64,000 nt of DNA from Candidatus Omnitrophota bacterium. Its GTDB lineage: Bacteria; Omnitrophota; Gorgyraeia; Zapsychrales; Fredricksoniimonadaceae. Numbering within the stretch: position 1 is the first letter of the stretch; the number at the start of each line of letters is the position of its first letter. The notes under the pieces are model-generated. The model was not told where the DNA came from and did not search any database. It worked only from the letters and a program-made list of their open reading frames with translations. The position numbers and the translations under genes were made by a program. This document shows positions 50,898-60,524 of the stretch, one piece after another. The stretch covers positions 63,296 to 127,295 of the forward strand of contig JAGWKL010000001.1 of assembly GCA_028865345.1 (NCBI GenBank). Direction: 5' to 3'.

Positions 50898-52008
50898 TCA
50901 AGGTCCTCGGGAGGGTCCCTTCATGTTTTCTGAGTTCAACGCAATTGTCCAATCCCAGCGCTTTGACGACAACCTGGCACACGGACGGCTTGATGCGGTC
51001 GGCCGCCACGTTAATAATAAGTTTATCATAATATTGAAGCCGGTGCTTATCAATGAGAAAGAAGAAACACGGGGTTCCCAAACAATTGTTGACGGTACGG
51101 ATGAGGGCTTCTTTGTCCACCACCACACCGTTGACAAGCAAGCTCTCCTGCGTCCTTCCCAACACCTTGATCGCCAACGCGCCGCGCCGGTCCAAAAGCT
51201 CGACACGGTCGCCCAAACGGTAGCGGACAAAGGGCATGCTGGTGTTGTTGAGGTCCGTCACCAACAAATCGCCGGTTCCCGTTGGTGACGCCTCACCGGG
51301 CTGCGCCAGTACCTCCAGCAAAAGCCCTTGGGCAAAGACCCTCATAGAGTCATCGCCGGCCTTGAGGGCGAGGGCCAACCCTGAAATTTCCATGGCCCCG
51401 TAGTGGTCGTGGATGCTTACTCCCCCCATCTTTTCCATCCGCCGCCGGTAGTCCGGCCATAAAGGCTCGCCGTTGACCAGGCAGCGCCGGATAGAATGCC
51501 GGCGGCCCAATACCGAAAACAGGTCAAACAACTGGTTGGTATACGCGTTGACAACCGCGGGTTTCAAAAGCCTGACGAGACGGGCCGCTTCGTGAACTTT
51601 CTCCGGGCTGCTGATAGGGCCAAGCGGAATGACGCCCGCGCCAGCCGCCTTAAAAGCCGTCTCCATCATGCGCCCGCCGCTGTTTAGTTCATAAGAACAT
51701 AAATTCAGGCACAGCACCCCCGGCTTGATGCCGGCATGGCGGTACATCATGACCAAACGGCCCAAATGGGCCTCATACGCCTGCCGGGAATGGGCTATGA
51801 TCATCCTCGAGGAAGTGGACCCTGAGGTGGCCGTGATATTAAAGGCATGCCGCAAACCCCCGGAGGCGTACGCCTTGATATCTTCCCTGCTTGTGACGGG
51901 AAGCTGTTGAAAATCCCGCCACGAACGCAAAACACGGCGGCGTCCCGGGGAGGGAAAACTTTTGAGCAACTGCGAAACTTGTTTTAACGCCTGCGCATTA
52001 AACATCAT
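50851..52008 (-). CDS. Phenylacetate-CoA ligase (PaaK)-like adenylating enzyme
   Basis: TSGSTS, NGEP, YGAMEI, LLVTDL..MPFVRYRLGD, GR, GKIR. Confidence 0.85.
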   Translation of the reverse strand: MMFNAQALKQVSQLLKSFPSPGRRRVLRSWRDFQQLPVTSREDIKAYASGGLRHAFNITATSGSTSSRMIIAHSRQAYEAHLGRLVMMYRHAGIKPGVLCLNLCSYELNSGGRMMETAFKAAGAGVIPLGPISSPEKVHEAARLVRLLKPAVVNAYTNQLFDLFSVLGRRHSIRRCLVNGEPLWPDYRRRMEKMGGVSIHDHYGAMEISGLALALKAGDDSMRVFAQGLLLEVLAQPGEASPTGTGDLLVTDLNNTSMPFVRYRLGDRVELLDRRGALAIKVLGRTQESLLVNGVVVDKEALIRTVNNCLGTPCFFFLIDKHRLQYYDKLIINVAADRIKPSVCQVVVKALGLDNCVELRKHEGTLPRTLNGKIRYFIDARTKAQ

Positions 52009-52052
52009 CAAGCCCCTGCCCTCCCGGCCCGGCGCAACCGGTTTTCATATGA

Positions 52053-53129
52053 TCATGACAAGCCTTGAGAATTCCTGTCCTTGCCATGCGCCGTCAGCGG
52101 AGCCTCCGTGGCTTTGCACAATAAACAAGGGCGCCAATAGTTCTTGGAAATATCCATGACAGGGCTGAAATCTTCTTTCCCGGAAATGATCTCATCAAAG
52201 CTTTGTGATAATAAATTACCGAAAAAAAACGGGTCCTGATCAATGGGCAGGCCGTTGACGGCGCGGAAGGGATTATAACAGCCGTAACAATCCCCGTTGC
52301 CGTCGATAAACAACACGTATTTATGCACCCCGCAGGTGTAACAACAACCGGCATCTGTGCCGCGGCCCTCTGAAAAAGGCCTCAACCTCTCCAGAAGCTT
52401 CTCGGTCTTCTTTATAAAATCCTGCAGGTTCGTACAATCCCATAAGTCTTTACGGCGGCTGTTGAGTTTTGCCAGCAGTAAGACCTTGTGCAGCCCTTCA
52501 TAATCGAATCCAAGGTGCTTGGGGGTCTTGATATAATTGTGCACATGCTGATAAGAAACATATAATTTCCTGCCCCCTAATTCGGCAGCGAGCAAACGAT
52601 TGACCTCCTGGGGGAATGTAAATGCGTCTTTCAATGATTGTGCCGTAACGACATAATTGGTCCGCAGGGTTATGCCCAGGCCGTTTTCCAGAATGCCGCG
52701 AAGGACGTTTTTGACCGATCCGATGCAGCGGTCAAAAGAAAATCCCGGCGAGGGTTGGTGGATCCTGGCCAGGCCCTCCTGGTCCACGGCGTTCAAATTG
52801 ATTGTCAACGTCCGTATAAAGGGCAGGACCTCGAGAATGGCCTTGTCATTAAGGGCATTGGACAACAGCTCGATCTTATAACCAAGCTCATGGGCCATGG
52901 CCACCACCTTGGTGAATGCCGGGTTCAAAGTCGGTTCACCCCTGCCGCCTATTTCCAGCACCCGGAATCCATGCGCGTAAGCCGACAAGAGGACATCGTT
53001 CCAGCGCTGCAAGCTCATGGAATCTTTATCGCTTAAGGGATGCTCTTCTTTGACATAGCCATACATGCAAAATGTGCAGTGATATTGGCAGCCATCGTAA
53101 AGCGAGACGAGCAATCTTTTATCTTCCAT
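52053..53129 (-). CDS. Radical SAM protein with SPASM/twitch-like C-terminus
   Basis: CQYHCTFC, GEPTLNP, CGVH...CYGC...GNL...CLLC; start moved to MEDKR. Confidence 0.9.
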   Translation of the reverse strand: MEDKRLLVSLYDGCQYHCTFCMYGYVKEEHPLSDKDSMSLQRWNDVLLSAYAHGFRVLEIGGRGEPTLNPAFTKVVAMAHELGYKIELLSNALNDKAILEVLPFIRTLTINLNAVDQEGLARIHQPSPGFSFDRCIGSVKNVLRGILENGLGITLRTNYVVTAQSLKDAFTFPQEVNRLLAAELGGRKLYVSYQHVHNYIKTPKHLGFDYEGLHKVLLLAKLNSRRKDLWDCTNLQDFIKKTEKLLERLRPFSEGRGTDAGCCYTCGVHKYVLFIDGNGDCYGCYNPFRAVNGLPIDQDPFFFGNLLSQSFDEIISGKEDFSPVMDISKNYWRPCLLCKATEAPLTAHGKDRNSQGLS

Positions 53130-54312
53130 ACGCCGCCTCCTGCCTTTTGTCACCGTAAAAAACAAGCCCCTCGTCCTCAAAGAAAGATTGCCGGGTGAAC
53201 CATCCCTTGCGCAATCCTTCGCGATAAAGCGCCGTACCGGGCAATATCACAAGCCGGTTGGTGGATACTTTGACGTCCGGGCCCAATTCCTTAAGCGCCG
53301 ACAATGTTAAATTCCGGTCCTGCTCAGTTTCTCCGGGGTTATCGACCGTAATCATGACCTCCACCTTCAGGCCGGCTTCTTGGGACCAACGCACGGCATT
53401 CAATATGTCCTGCCGGCTGTACCTTTTCCCGAGGCGATGCAAGACCGCGGGAGAAGCAGATTCTACTCCAAAGTAAATCTCCCGGCAAGCGGAACGTCCC
53501 ATTAAGAAAAGCATTTTCTTGTTCACTGAGCTCACACAAGCCGAACAGGCCCAGAAAAACTGTCCTTTGATCCGGCGCATCCCCGCGCATATGGCCGTAA
53601 GACGTTTCTGATCCGCCGCAAAATCTTCATCCAACAATTCGATCTCCCCGGCCTGATTATTCTCCACGAGATCCCTGACCTCATCCAACACATTGGCCAC
53701 GCTGCGATACCGCAATCCCCCTCCCCAATGGACGTTACGGTCGCAAAATACGCAATGATGCTGGCACCCGCGGGCGGTCATGAGAAATGCACGGGGATGC
53801 CCCTGGTTATAAAAATAAGGGCCGATAAAAGGGATCTCATCCAAATTAGGGAAAGAATGTTTTACGGTATGGATGATCGTTCCCTCGTGCCTATAAGATA
53901 TGTTGGGGACCGTTTTTAACGGTGAACGCCCTTCTAATACGGCGGGAATTACGAATTCCGGATCATCCTTGACCACGATGTCCGCCAGCCCGCTTAAAAG
54001 GATCTCGTCGGAGAACACGGAAGCAAAGGGGCCGAAAGCAATGATAAGACGGGGAGGTTTCGGCAATCGGCGGGCATTTTCCATATGGAGAAAAGCGTTC
54101 GCCTTATTCCCAAAGAATATCGCGTAGCAGCAGACCTCGGCTGGGCCCTCCCGGCGGGGAGAATCTTTCCCATTCTTTGCCGCCAAGTTCACGCATCGGG
54201 CATCCCATCCCTTTTGGAGAAGCGCCAGGAATACGCCTCCAAAGCTATACCGGTCTAAAGGGGGGCAACCGCAGGCCGGCCGCGCATAATCCGCGAAGAT
54301 GACTTCGATCAA
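53119..54312 (-). CDS. B12-binding-domain-type radical SAM protein
   Basis: Divergent N-terminal domain (GPFAS...DDPE), TARGCQHHCVFC, RSVANVLDE, DEDF, FGVES, PGET, PGT. Confidence 0.85.
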   Translation of the reverse strand: MIEVIFADYARPACGCPPLDRYSFGGVFLALLQKGWDARCVNLAAKNGKDSPRREGPAEVCCYAIFFGNKANAFLHMENARRLPKPPRLIIAFGPFASVFSDEILLSGLADIVVKDDPEFVIPAVLEGRSPLKTVPNISYRHEGTIIHTVKHSFPNLDEIPFIGPYFYNQGHPRAFLMTARGCQHHCVFCDRNVHWGGGLRYRSVANVLDEVRDLVENNQAGEIELLDEDFAADQKRLTAICAGMRRIKGQFFWACSACVSSVNKKMLFLMGRSACREIYFGVESASPAVLHRLGKRYSRQDILNAVRWSQEAGLKVEVMITVDNPGETEQDRNLTLSALKELGPDVKVSTNRLVILPGTALYREGLRKGWFTRQSFFEDEGLVFYGDKRQEAAYGR

Positions 54313-54440
54313 AGGATCTCCTTTTCTTCTTTAGCACCTTTTGGGGCAAATCCAAGGCCGGCGCATCTAGGCCTATTGCCGCCCTAATAAAGCATACTAT
54401 AAGCTGCGTTCCTTTGCCGTACTTTGTCTCGCCGCAAACG

Positions 54441-55322
54441 TCACGCCCCTGCCTTCCTGGCCTTGCGCAAGATCAGATCCAATGCCGGAGTTTTAAGGCC
54501 CTGACGCCTGGCCTGGCGCACAAGCGCCCCTGTTATGTAATCAAGTTCCGTCGGCCGGCCTGCCCGCCTATCCTCGAACAAGGTCCCGCGGTGAGCGATC
54601 CCCTTCAAATCACCCTGGCGCACCCTCTTTATTATTTTCAAAGGATCAAAAGCCAGGCGGACCCTTAAAGCACGGGCTACGGCCTTGCCTTCTTCGACAG
54701 CCTGACGCACCGATTTCCAGACGCAAGCATCTGTCCTTAAAACATCATATCCCCTGCCTTCGATCACAGGCAACGGGTTCATCACCGCGCTGAAGATCAA
54801 CTTGGCCCAGGTGATCCTTGAAGATCGGGACACCAAAGAAGCCTTTAAACCGGCATCGGACAAGAGGCGGCAAAACCAGCCGGCCGCTTGTTTGTGCCGG
54901 TCGCATGCCAAAAAGAACCTTCCCTGATAATGAAAAACCGGCTTGCCTTTCACATTACCGACGGCGGAAGTGGTCACTCCCCGCACCAAAGCCGCTTCGG
55001 GCAGTCCATGGGCGATCCGGGGAAGGTCCAGAAGCCCATTTTGCAAGAAGAGCACCCGCCGGGCAGCCCCTATGATTTTCAACCCGGCCAGCGCCCGCGC
55101 GGCGTCATAGCATTTCGTTGCCACGATAACCCCGTCGAACGATCTTCCCCTGAGGCCGGCAGGGTCATGAAAAACCGGCACCTTGACCCTGGCCCGGGGA
55201 CAAGGGTCGAGGACCGTCACCGACGCGCAAGGCCCGAGGCGAAGGGCAAGGGCCCCTCCCAATGCCCCGCATCCGACGATCAACAACTGCCGTCTTTGCC
55301 CTGTGCGTCTAAACGATTGCAA
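54441..55322 (-). CDS. Ketopantoate reductase (PanE/ApbA)-like oxidoreductase
   Basis: GCGALG, ATK, LQNG, WAKL...NPL, GRPTELDYITG, TP. Confidence 0.85.
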   Translation of the reverse strand: MQSFRRTGQRRQLLIVGCGALGGALALRLGPCASVTVLDPCPRARVKVPVFHDPAGLRGRSFDGVIVATKCYDAARALAGLKIIGAARRVLFLQNGLLDLPRIAHGLPEAALVRGVTTSAVGNVKGKPVFHYQGRFFLACDRHKQAAGWFCRLLSDAGLKASLVSRSSRITWAKLIFSAVMNPLPVIEGRGYDVLRTDACVWKSVRQAVEEGKAVARALRVRLAFDPLKIIKRVRQGDLKGIAHRGTLFEDRRAGRPTELDYITGALVRQARRQGLKTPALDLILRKARKAGA

Positions 55323-55334
55323 AAGCAGACTCCT

Positions 55335-56720
55335 TCAAACTCCTGCCATGGACAGGACACTGCTGTTCAATTGTTCCAATGTCCGGCTTTTCAATATCAA
55401 TTTGGTCAAATCCCCTCCCTGATAGCGCAGCAGCCGGTCATAATCTCTGATGACTTTCTGCTGCGGCCTGGATTTGAGAAAAGTCACCAACTGCTGCATC
55501 AGGGCAAGGCTGTCCTCCGCTTCCGTCATGTACCAAAAATCAAAGAAAGGTTCGCGCAAACACACCTGCAGGATATCGCGCATCAACGCCGGGCTTATCT
55601 CCATCTGGGAGGGAAGGAAATTCATAATGAACATAAAGGGGACAATATAATTAGCTGCCGCAGGGGATCTATGGCGCCTGTTGAACAGTATCTGCCAGCC
55701 GATATTCGGTTCAACACCCTCTATGGCCCCCACCCGAAGCACCACTTCGAGGTTACGGCGCAGGGCCGAAGGGGTTTCCCCCCGTATCCCCATCATAAAA
55801 GAAAGATGGATTTCCGTTTCTTTCCGGCGGTACTTCAGGAATTCCGCCAGTCTTTTGGGGGAGTTTTCCCCCTTGCGGATCCGCCTTAACAGGGACAAAT
55901 CCACATGCTCCACGCCGAAGAAAATCGTCCGGCATCCTGCCGCGGTCATCCGGCCATAAATATCGGGGTCGATATCGTCCAACCTGGTCTTGCAGCGCCA
56001 GGTCACGCCGGGGTTTTCCCGTTGCAGCCGCGCCAGGAAATCTTCGGTAAAGGGCCTGTCCGAAATAAAATTGGGTTCGCAGAATTCAAAATAAGTTTTT
56101 CCGCTCTTTTCGGCAAAACGCATCCACCGCAGGACCCTGTCCGGTGAATGTCTGGTTATCGCCGGGGAACCTTCAAAAGGCAGGCGGTTGTAACAAAAAG
56201 AACAGTTGGCCCAGCAGCCGAAGGTCAGGTATTCCCAAAAACGGTAATGCTCGTACCCGTATCGCTTGAGCGACGCCCCAAGACCTTCAAAGAAAGCGTC
56301 CTCGGTCAGCCGGGGATTCCCGATATGCCGGAGAATATATTCGTCGATATTCAACGGGCTGAAAACAATGTTGTCCCTTTGGATCAACGAGGTTTCATAC
56401 AAAGAAAAATAAGGAGAACAAATAATGATCTTTTTATCCTTTAACAAAGGCAGATAAAGGTAGAGAAAGATGAGGGACTCGATCTTGGGATAATTATTAT
56501 GGCAAGCCATGGAAACAAGGACGGTGTCTTCCTTGATGCCGGACAGCACATGCATCAACGATGAACGAAAATCAGGGTCCGGGGAACGTTCGATATCATA
56601 AAATCCGTAAGGGTGGCCCAATGCATCAAGGAGGCTCAGGGCCTTCATCAGCCCAACCGGCAAGAGTTCATGATGTTTGGGAATGATCTGAAGGATCGCA
56701 AGCGAACGGCCTTTCTTCAT
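55335..56720 (-). CDS. Radical SAM protein, class B-like (divergent N-terminal domain)
   Basis: GCWANCSFC, EPNF, RLD, AGCRTIFFGVE, IRKG, GIRGET. Confidence 0.85.
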   Translation of the reverse strand: MKKGRSLAILQIIPKHHELLPVGLMKALSLLDALGHPYGFYDIERSPDPDFRSSLMHVLSGIKEDTVLVSMACHNNYPKIESLIFLYLYLPLLKDKKIIICSPYFSLYETSLIQRDNIVFSPLNIDEYILRHIGNPRLTEDAFFEGLGASLKRYGYEHYRFWEYLTFGCWANCSFCYNRLPFEGSPAITRHSPDRVLRWMRFAEKSGKTYFEFCEPNFISDRPFTEDFLARLQRENPGVTWRCKTRLDDIDPDIYGRMTAAGCRTIFFGVEHVDLSLLRRIRKGENSPKRLAEFLKYRRKETEIHLSFMMGIRGETPSALRRNLEVVLRVGAIEGVEPNIGWQILFNRRHRSPAAANYIVPFMFIMNFLPSQMEISPALMRDILQVCLREPFFDFWYMTEAEDSLALMQQLVTFLKSRPQQKVIRDYDRLLRYQGGDLTKLILKSRTLEQLNSSVLSMAGV

Positions 56721-57574
56721 CGCGCCCTCCTGGTTTTTTCAAGTACAAGGTAACCGCTGTCAGACTCTCCTAAATCAACTTTTAAACCCAACGGGCGCGC
56801 CTGCTGAGCAAGCACGCGGCCGGGAGAAACCCCGCCGCCCATAAAATCATTCCCCGGGTCAAGATAACCGATGATCCGCCCCCCCGGACGTAACAGACCC
56901 GCCATTCCTGCCAGCTTTGCCCGATAGTACTCCAGAGGTTCCTGCCAAAAAATATCCGACAAATAAATCACATCCAATGATCTTTTTCTAAAATAATCCG
57001 GGCTGTCAAATATGTCCATTTGAGCAAACCTCAAAGATCCAAGCCGCGCGCGCACTCTGGCTACAAACGACGGGTCTTTTTTCCAAAACGGTCCGGATTC
57101 CGGGTTTAGAACCATTTCACCCGCAGTAATGAACGAATACTTTTCAGCCAGTCCGGCGGGGGGAAGGATCCTTTCCCCTGTGGCCTTATTGTACAAATAC
57201 ATCTGCTGCAAGTGCCGGAAATTCCTTTTGATCGCTGTGATTTGACCGTGATGCGCCCGGTGCAATTGCTCAAAAGAAGGCATCATATTGTTTTGTTTTA
57301 TAAAAAAGGCCTTGGCAGCGAGCACAAAAAGTTGGGCACAATTAAGATCCACCGCCCACAAAGTCCCTTTCCTGCACCCGGCGCCGAGCATCGTCAATGC
57401 CTGATCGCCGCCGCCGCAGCAGGCCAAAATGTTCGGGCAATCTCCGGCGGCGGTGATCAGCGCCGCAAGCCTGGGGAGAGGTTCGGTAGAATCGAAATAC
57501 CGGACAAAACCCCCGTAACGCTTTAACGTGCTGTTGATCCCCTGAGGCTTGATCACAGCGTTCCTTTTCATCAT
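56717..57574 (-). CDS. SAM-dependent transferase, BtaA/DUF3419-like
   Basis: LACCGGGDQAL, AVDLNCAQL, LDVIYLSDIF, LRPGGRI. Confidence 0.65.
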   Translation of the reverse strand: MMKRNAVIKPQGINSTLKRYGGFVRYFDSTEPLPRLAALITAAGDCPNILACCGGGDQALTMLGAGCRKGTLWAVDLNCAQLFVLAAKAFFIKQNNMMPSFEQLHRAHHGQITAIKRNFRHLQQMYLYNKATGERILPPAGLAEKYSFITAGEMVLNPESGPFWKKDPSFVARVRARLGSLRFAQMDIFDSPDYFRKRSLDVIYLSDIFWQEPLEYYRAKLAGMAGLLRPGGRIIGYLDPGNDFMGGGVSPGRVLAQQARPLGLKVDLGESDSGYLVLEKTRRAR

Positions 57575-57620
57575 CAAAGACGGCCCCTCCTTCAAAAAAA
57601 GATCCCCGGGAAACCCTCCC

Positions 57621-59333
57621 TCATTTTTTCTTCAGGCAAAAATATTGTCCGAAAACATCTGTATTCTGAAACATTTTTAAAAACACGACAATGTTGCGTT
57701 TGGCCTGCGTGGAGAGGCCGGAAGTCCTTTGGGCAAGCCTCGTGAGTTCCTGGCCGGATAAAATTTTTCCGCTCAATTGTTCAAAGAAGCGGATCGACAG
57801 CGGGTCCTTGACCGTAAGCGTAAGGCCCTTGCGGCTGGAGCCTAATTTAAGTTCCCCGGCAACGCAGACGCATTGGTCCGGATGAAAATAATACAGGCGG
57901 TCTTCTCCGGAAGGCACCTGTCCCTTCAATTCGATGAACCGTACGATTTTCCAGAAATAGGCCCTGTCCTTGTTGGTTCTTAATTTCAGCTCGGCCAAGC
58001 GGTATAAATCTGAAAAAGAAAGCTTTTTGTCCACAACATGTTGTTCAAAGACCTGCCGCACCTTGGCGTCGGCGATGCGGACCAAGCGCCCTAAGGAACC
58101 TTTGCTCACATAATAAATTTTGTTGGCCTTCTTGAGACGGTCGGCGGCGCTTATGCCGCGGGGCAAAAAAGTATCCTCGCTTTCCTGTTGAAGATGCTTG
58201 GCCCTTTCCGTGATGGGGGAAGGCTTGAAATGCCTGGAAAACCCGCCCCGTAAAATCGTCCGGTTGATCCTTTCATTGACACCTTTATTAAACACGCTTC
58301 CGGAATACCAGGTGCCTATCCCCTCGACCAGCGTGTTGATCAGCGCATTGCAGTTTCTGTCATACCATTGGTGGTCGAATTGACCTTTGTTTTTATTAAG
58401 ATTATCGGCAACGGTGAGCGCTTCCAGCATGGCCACCCCTGAACCGGCCGAATAGACGGGATCGGCAAAACAACAGGCGTCTCCAATGAGGATCCAATTG
58501 GCACCAGTGCATTGCCGGCTGCGCCTGGAATAATTAGGGCGGCAATGGACCTCTTTCATATAAGGCGCAATGGCCCTGCCGGGGTTTCGGGCAATGGACG
58601 TCAGCCGCCAACAGGCGGCAGCATGCTTTCCGGTGTATTCAAAAAGCTCTTTCTCGGACAGAGGTTCGCCCCGATGCAGAAGACCCATGCTTAAAATTGA
58701 ACTGCGGTAAATAGGGATTTGCCATATCCAACTGTCCGCGGCGATCTTATTGATCACCGTCCAATTGGCCCAAGAGTCAGCCTCCCGGTTTAAACTGTCT
58801 ATGGCCCAATAACTCCATTGCGCCTTCATGCCTGCAAACTGGTCGACAGGCGTCACCAGGTTGAGCTTATTGGCGAGGACCATGGCCGGACCGGAACAGT
58901 CCAAAATATATTTTGTAAACCGGTATGTGTTGTGGTCCGTCTTAACGGTGTTCTTTGCCAAATCAATATCAAGAATGGTTTCCTGGCGGATATCGACGGA
59001 GAGTTCCTTGGCAAGCAGTTCTTCAATTTCCCGGCGCTCACAATGAAAGGCAAACGACCTGCCCAATGCCGTAGGAAAATGGCTCGCATACCGGCCATGG
59101 TAGGAATCACAGAAAATCGTCCCCAGCTTTCTGGTGAAGCTTTTCATCTTCACGATTTTAGGGATCAGGCTGATCAAGCCGGGGTCTTCATTGATGAGAG
59201 TAGGAACATGCGATTCCCCTATTTTGTATTGGAAAGGTTTTTTGTCGATGAGGATGGTCTTGCCCAGCAGCTTGTATTTCAAGCCGATCCCGGCAAACCC
59301 GGCGCCTATGATCAGATAATCGCATGTCACCAT
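57621..59333 (-). CDS. Flavin-dependent halogenase-family protein with C-terminal extension
   Basis: IIGAGFAG, KIGES, WIWQIP (WxWxIP), GDACCFADPVYSAG; start moved to MVTCD after an AGGAGG SD. Confidence 0.85.
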   Translation of the reverse strand: MVTCDYLIIGAGFAGIGLKYKLLGKTILIDKKPFQYKIGESHVPTLINEDPGLISLIPKIVKMKSFTRKLGTIFCDSYHGRYASHFPTALGRSFAFHCERREIEELLAKELSVDIRQETILDIDLAKNTVKTDHNTYRFTKYILDCSGPAMVLANKLNLVTPVDQFAGMKAQWSYWAIDSLNREADSWANWTVINKIAADSWIWQIPIYRSSILSMGLLHRGEPLSEKELFEYTGKHAAACWRLTSIARNPGRAIAPYMKEVHCRPNYSRRSRQCTGANWILIGDACCFADPVYSAGSGVAMLEALTVADNLNKNKGQFDHQWYDRNCNALINTLVEGIGTWYSGSVFNKGVNERINRTILRGGFSRHFKPSPITERAKHLQQESEDTFLPRGISAADRLKKANKIYYVSKGSLGRLVRIADAKVRQVFEQHVVDKKLSFSDLYRLAELKLRTNKDRAYFWKIVRFIELKGQVPSGEDRLYYFHPDQCVCVAGELKLGSSRKGLTLTVKDPLSIRFFEQLSGKILSGQELTRLAQRTSGLSTQAKRNIVVFLKMFQNTDVFGQYFCLKKK

Positions 59334-59583
59334 ACATTTGCCTCCTGTAACTGTGGACGGTTTAAGGCCTGAAGCTGCCCGGAACATCGACGACCAAAGA
59401 TCTCAGCACGGGCCGGCAAAAAATGGATCACCCCGAGATACGCTTATGAATGGCGTTGAGTTCCTTGTATTTTATTGGGCCTTGACGGAGATATCAAGAA
59501 AAACCCGCCATTTCCCACGGACTGCCGGCAGCCGCACTTTTGAAAGAACCTTATTCACAAATATGCCCTTTTAAATTAGACTA

Positions 59584-60483
59584 ATGGCCATGACCGCTTT
59601 GGGGGTGATCATCCTGTGTGTCGGTGTATTAACCACGTTTACCGATCTTAAGAACAAAAAAATATATAATCTCCACTTGGGCCTTGGCGCCCTCATGGGC
59701 CTGCTGGCCGTGGCCTACACAGCTCTCAAAGGCCAGGAACACGTGCTTTTTCATCTTGTCGACGGCGCGGTTGCTTTTGGCGTCGGGTTTCTCCTGCACC
59801 GCTCTTCACTTTGGAAAGGCGGCGACGCCAAACTCTTTGCGCTCTATGCGTTTCTGATGCCGCCGCCGGAATTCAAACTGATCATCTTTCCGCAAGTGAC
59901 GGATCTGTTCGCCTGTTCCTTCATTGCAGGCACCATCCTGCTCATACCTCTTCTTATTAAAAATATTATCATAAATCGCGGGACAATTGCAACCCAGGCC
60001 TTTTCCCCGGCCAAAAGGCGCGGCCTCGGGTCGGCCATGGGGACCTTGATTTTCTATTCCTGGGCGCTGTTTCCCATCTATTACCTGGCCCGGCTTACGA
60101 ACCCCGTGGTCATTCTGTTTATCCTTTATTGCTTCTTCAATTGGGGCTATTCCACCAGGGAAATCAAGAAAGATGAAGTGGCGGCGCACAGAAAAAGATT
60201 TTATCTTGAGCTGTTGATCGTATTTTTGGTCGGGTTTCTCAGCCGCCTTTGGCTGGCGCCGGATTCCCTTGATGGGCCCTCCCTTTTACGCTATGGTCTT
60301 ATGATCGTATTTTCCTGCACCGTGTCTGTCTGCATCCACACCGTCCTGGAGCATGTCAAAGAATACCGTGACCGGGTGCCGTTTGCGCCGTTGCTATTTC
60401 TGGGATGCCTGCTGAGTTATACGCCTTTTTTGACATATCTGACGCGCCTGTTGGTCCGGTGGAACATCTTTTTCTACCGCTGA
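59584..60483 (+). CDS. A24 family prepilin peptidase
   Basis: TDLKNKKIYN (first Asp), GGDAKL (GxGD-type second Asp), many TM segments, C-terminal VPFAPLLFLG. Confidence 0.85.
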   Translation: MAMTALGVIILCVGVLTTFTDLKNKKIYNLHLGLGALMGLLAVAYTALKGQEHVLFHLVDGAVAFGVGFLLHRSSLWKGGDAKLFALYAFLMPPPEFKLIIFPQVTDLFACSFIAGTILLIPLLIKNIIINRGTIATQAFSPAKRRGLGSAMGTLIFYSWALFPIYYLARLTNPVVILFILYCFFNWGYSTREIKKDEVAAHRKRFYLELLIVFLVGFLSRLWLAPDSLDGPSLLRYGLMIVFSCTVSVCIHTVLEHVKEYRDRVPFAPLLFLGCLLSYTPFLTYLTRLLVRWNIFFYR

Positions 60484-60509
60484 AGAAAGTTAGCAAAAAC
60501 GGCAAACCG

Positions 60510-60524
60510 TGTTATTATTAAAAT
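60510..60524 (+). promoter_or_regulatory. Extended -10 promoter, probable leaderless transcript
   Basis: TGtTATTAT followed by 6 nt and then the ATG at 60525; no SD. Confidence 0.45.

Noticed and set aside
54313-54440. Possible hidden precursor peptide in the intergenic gap (59334-59583 also checked)
   Set aside because: No convincing small ORF with an SD and precursor-like composition was seen; more likely promoter regions.
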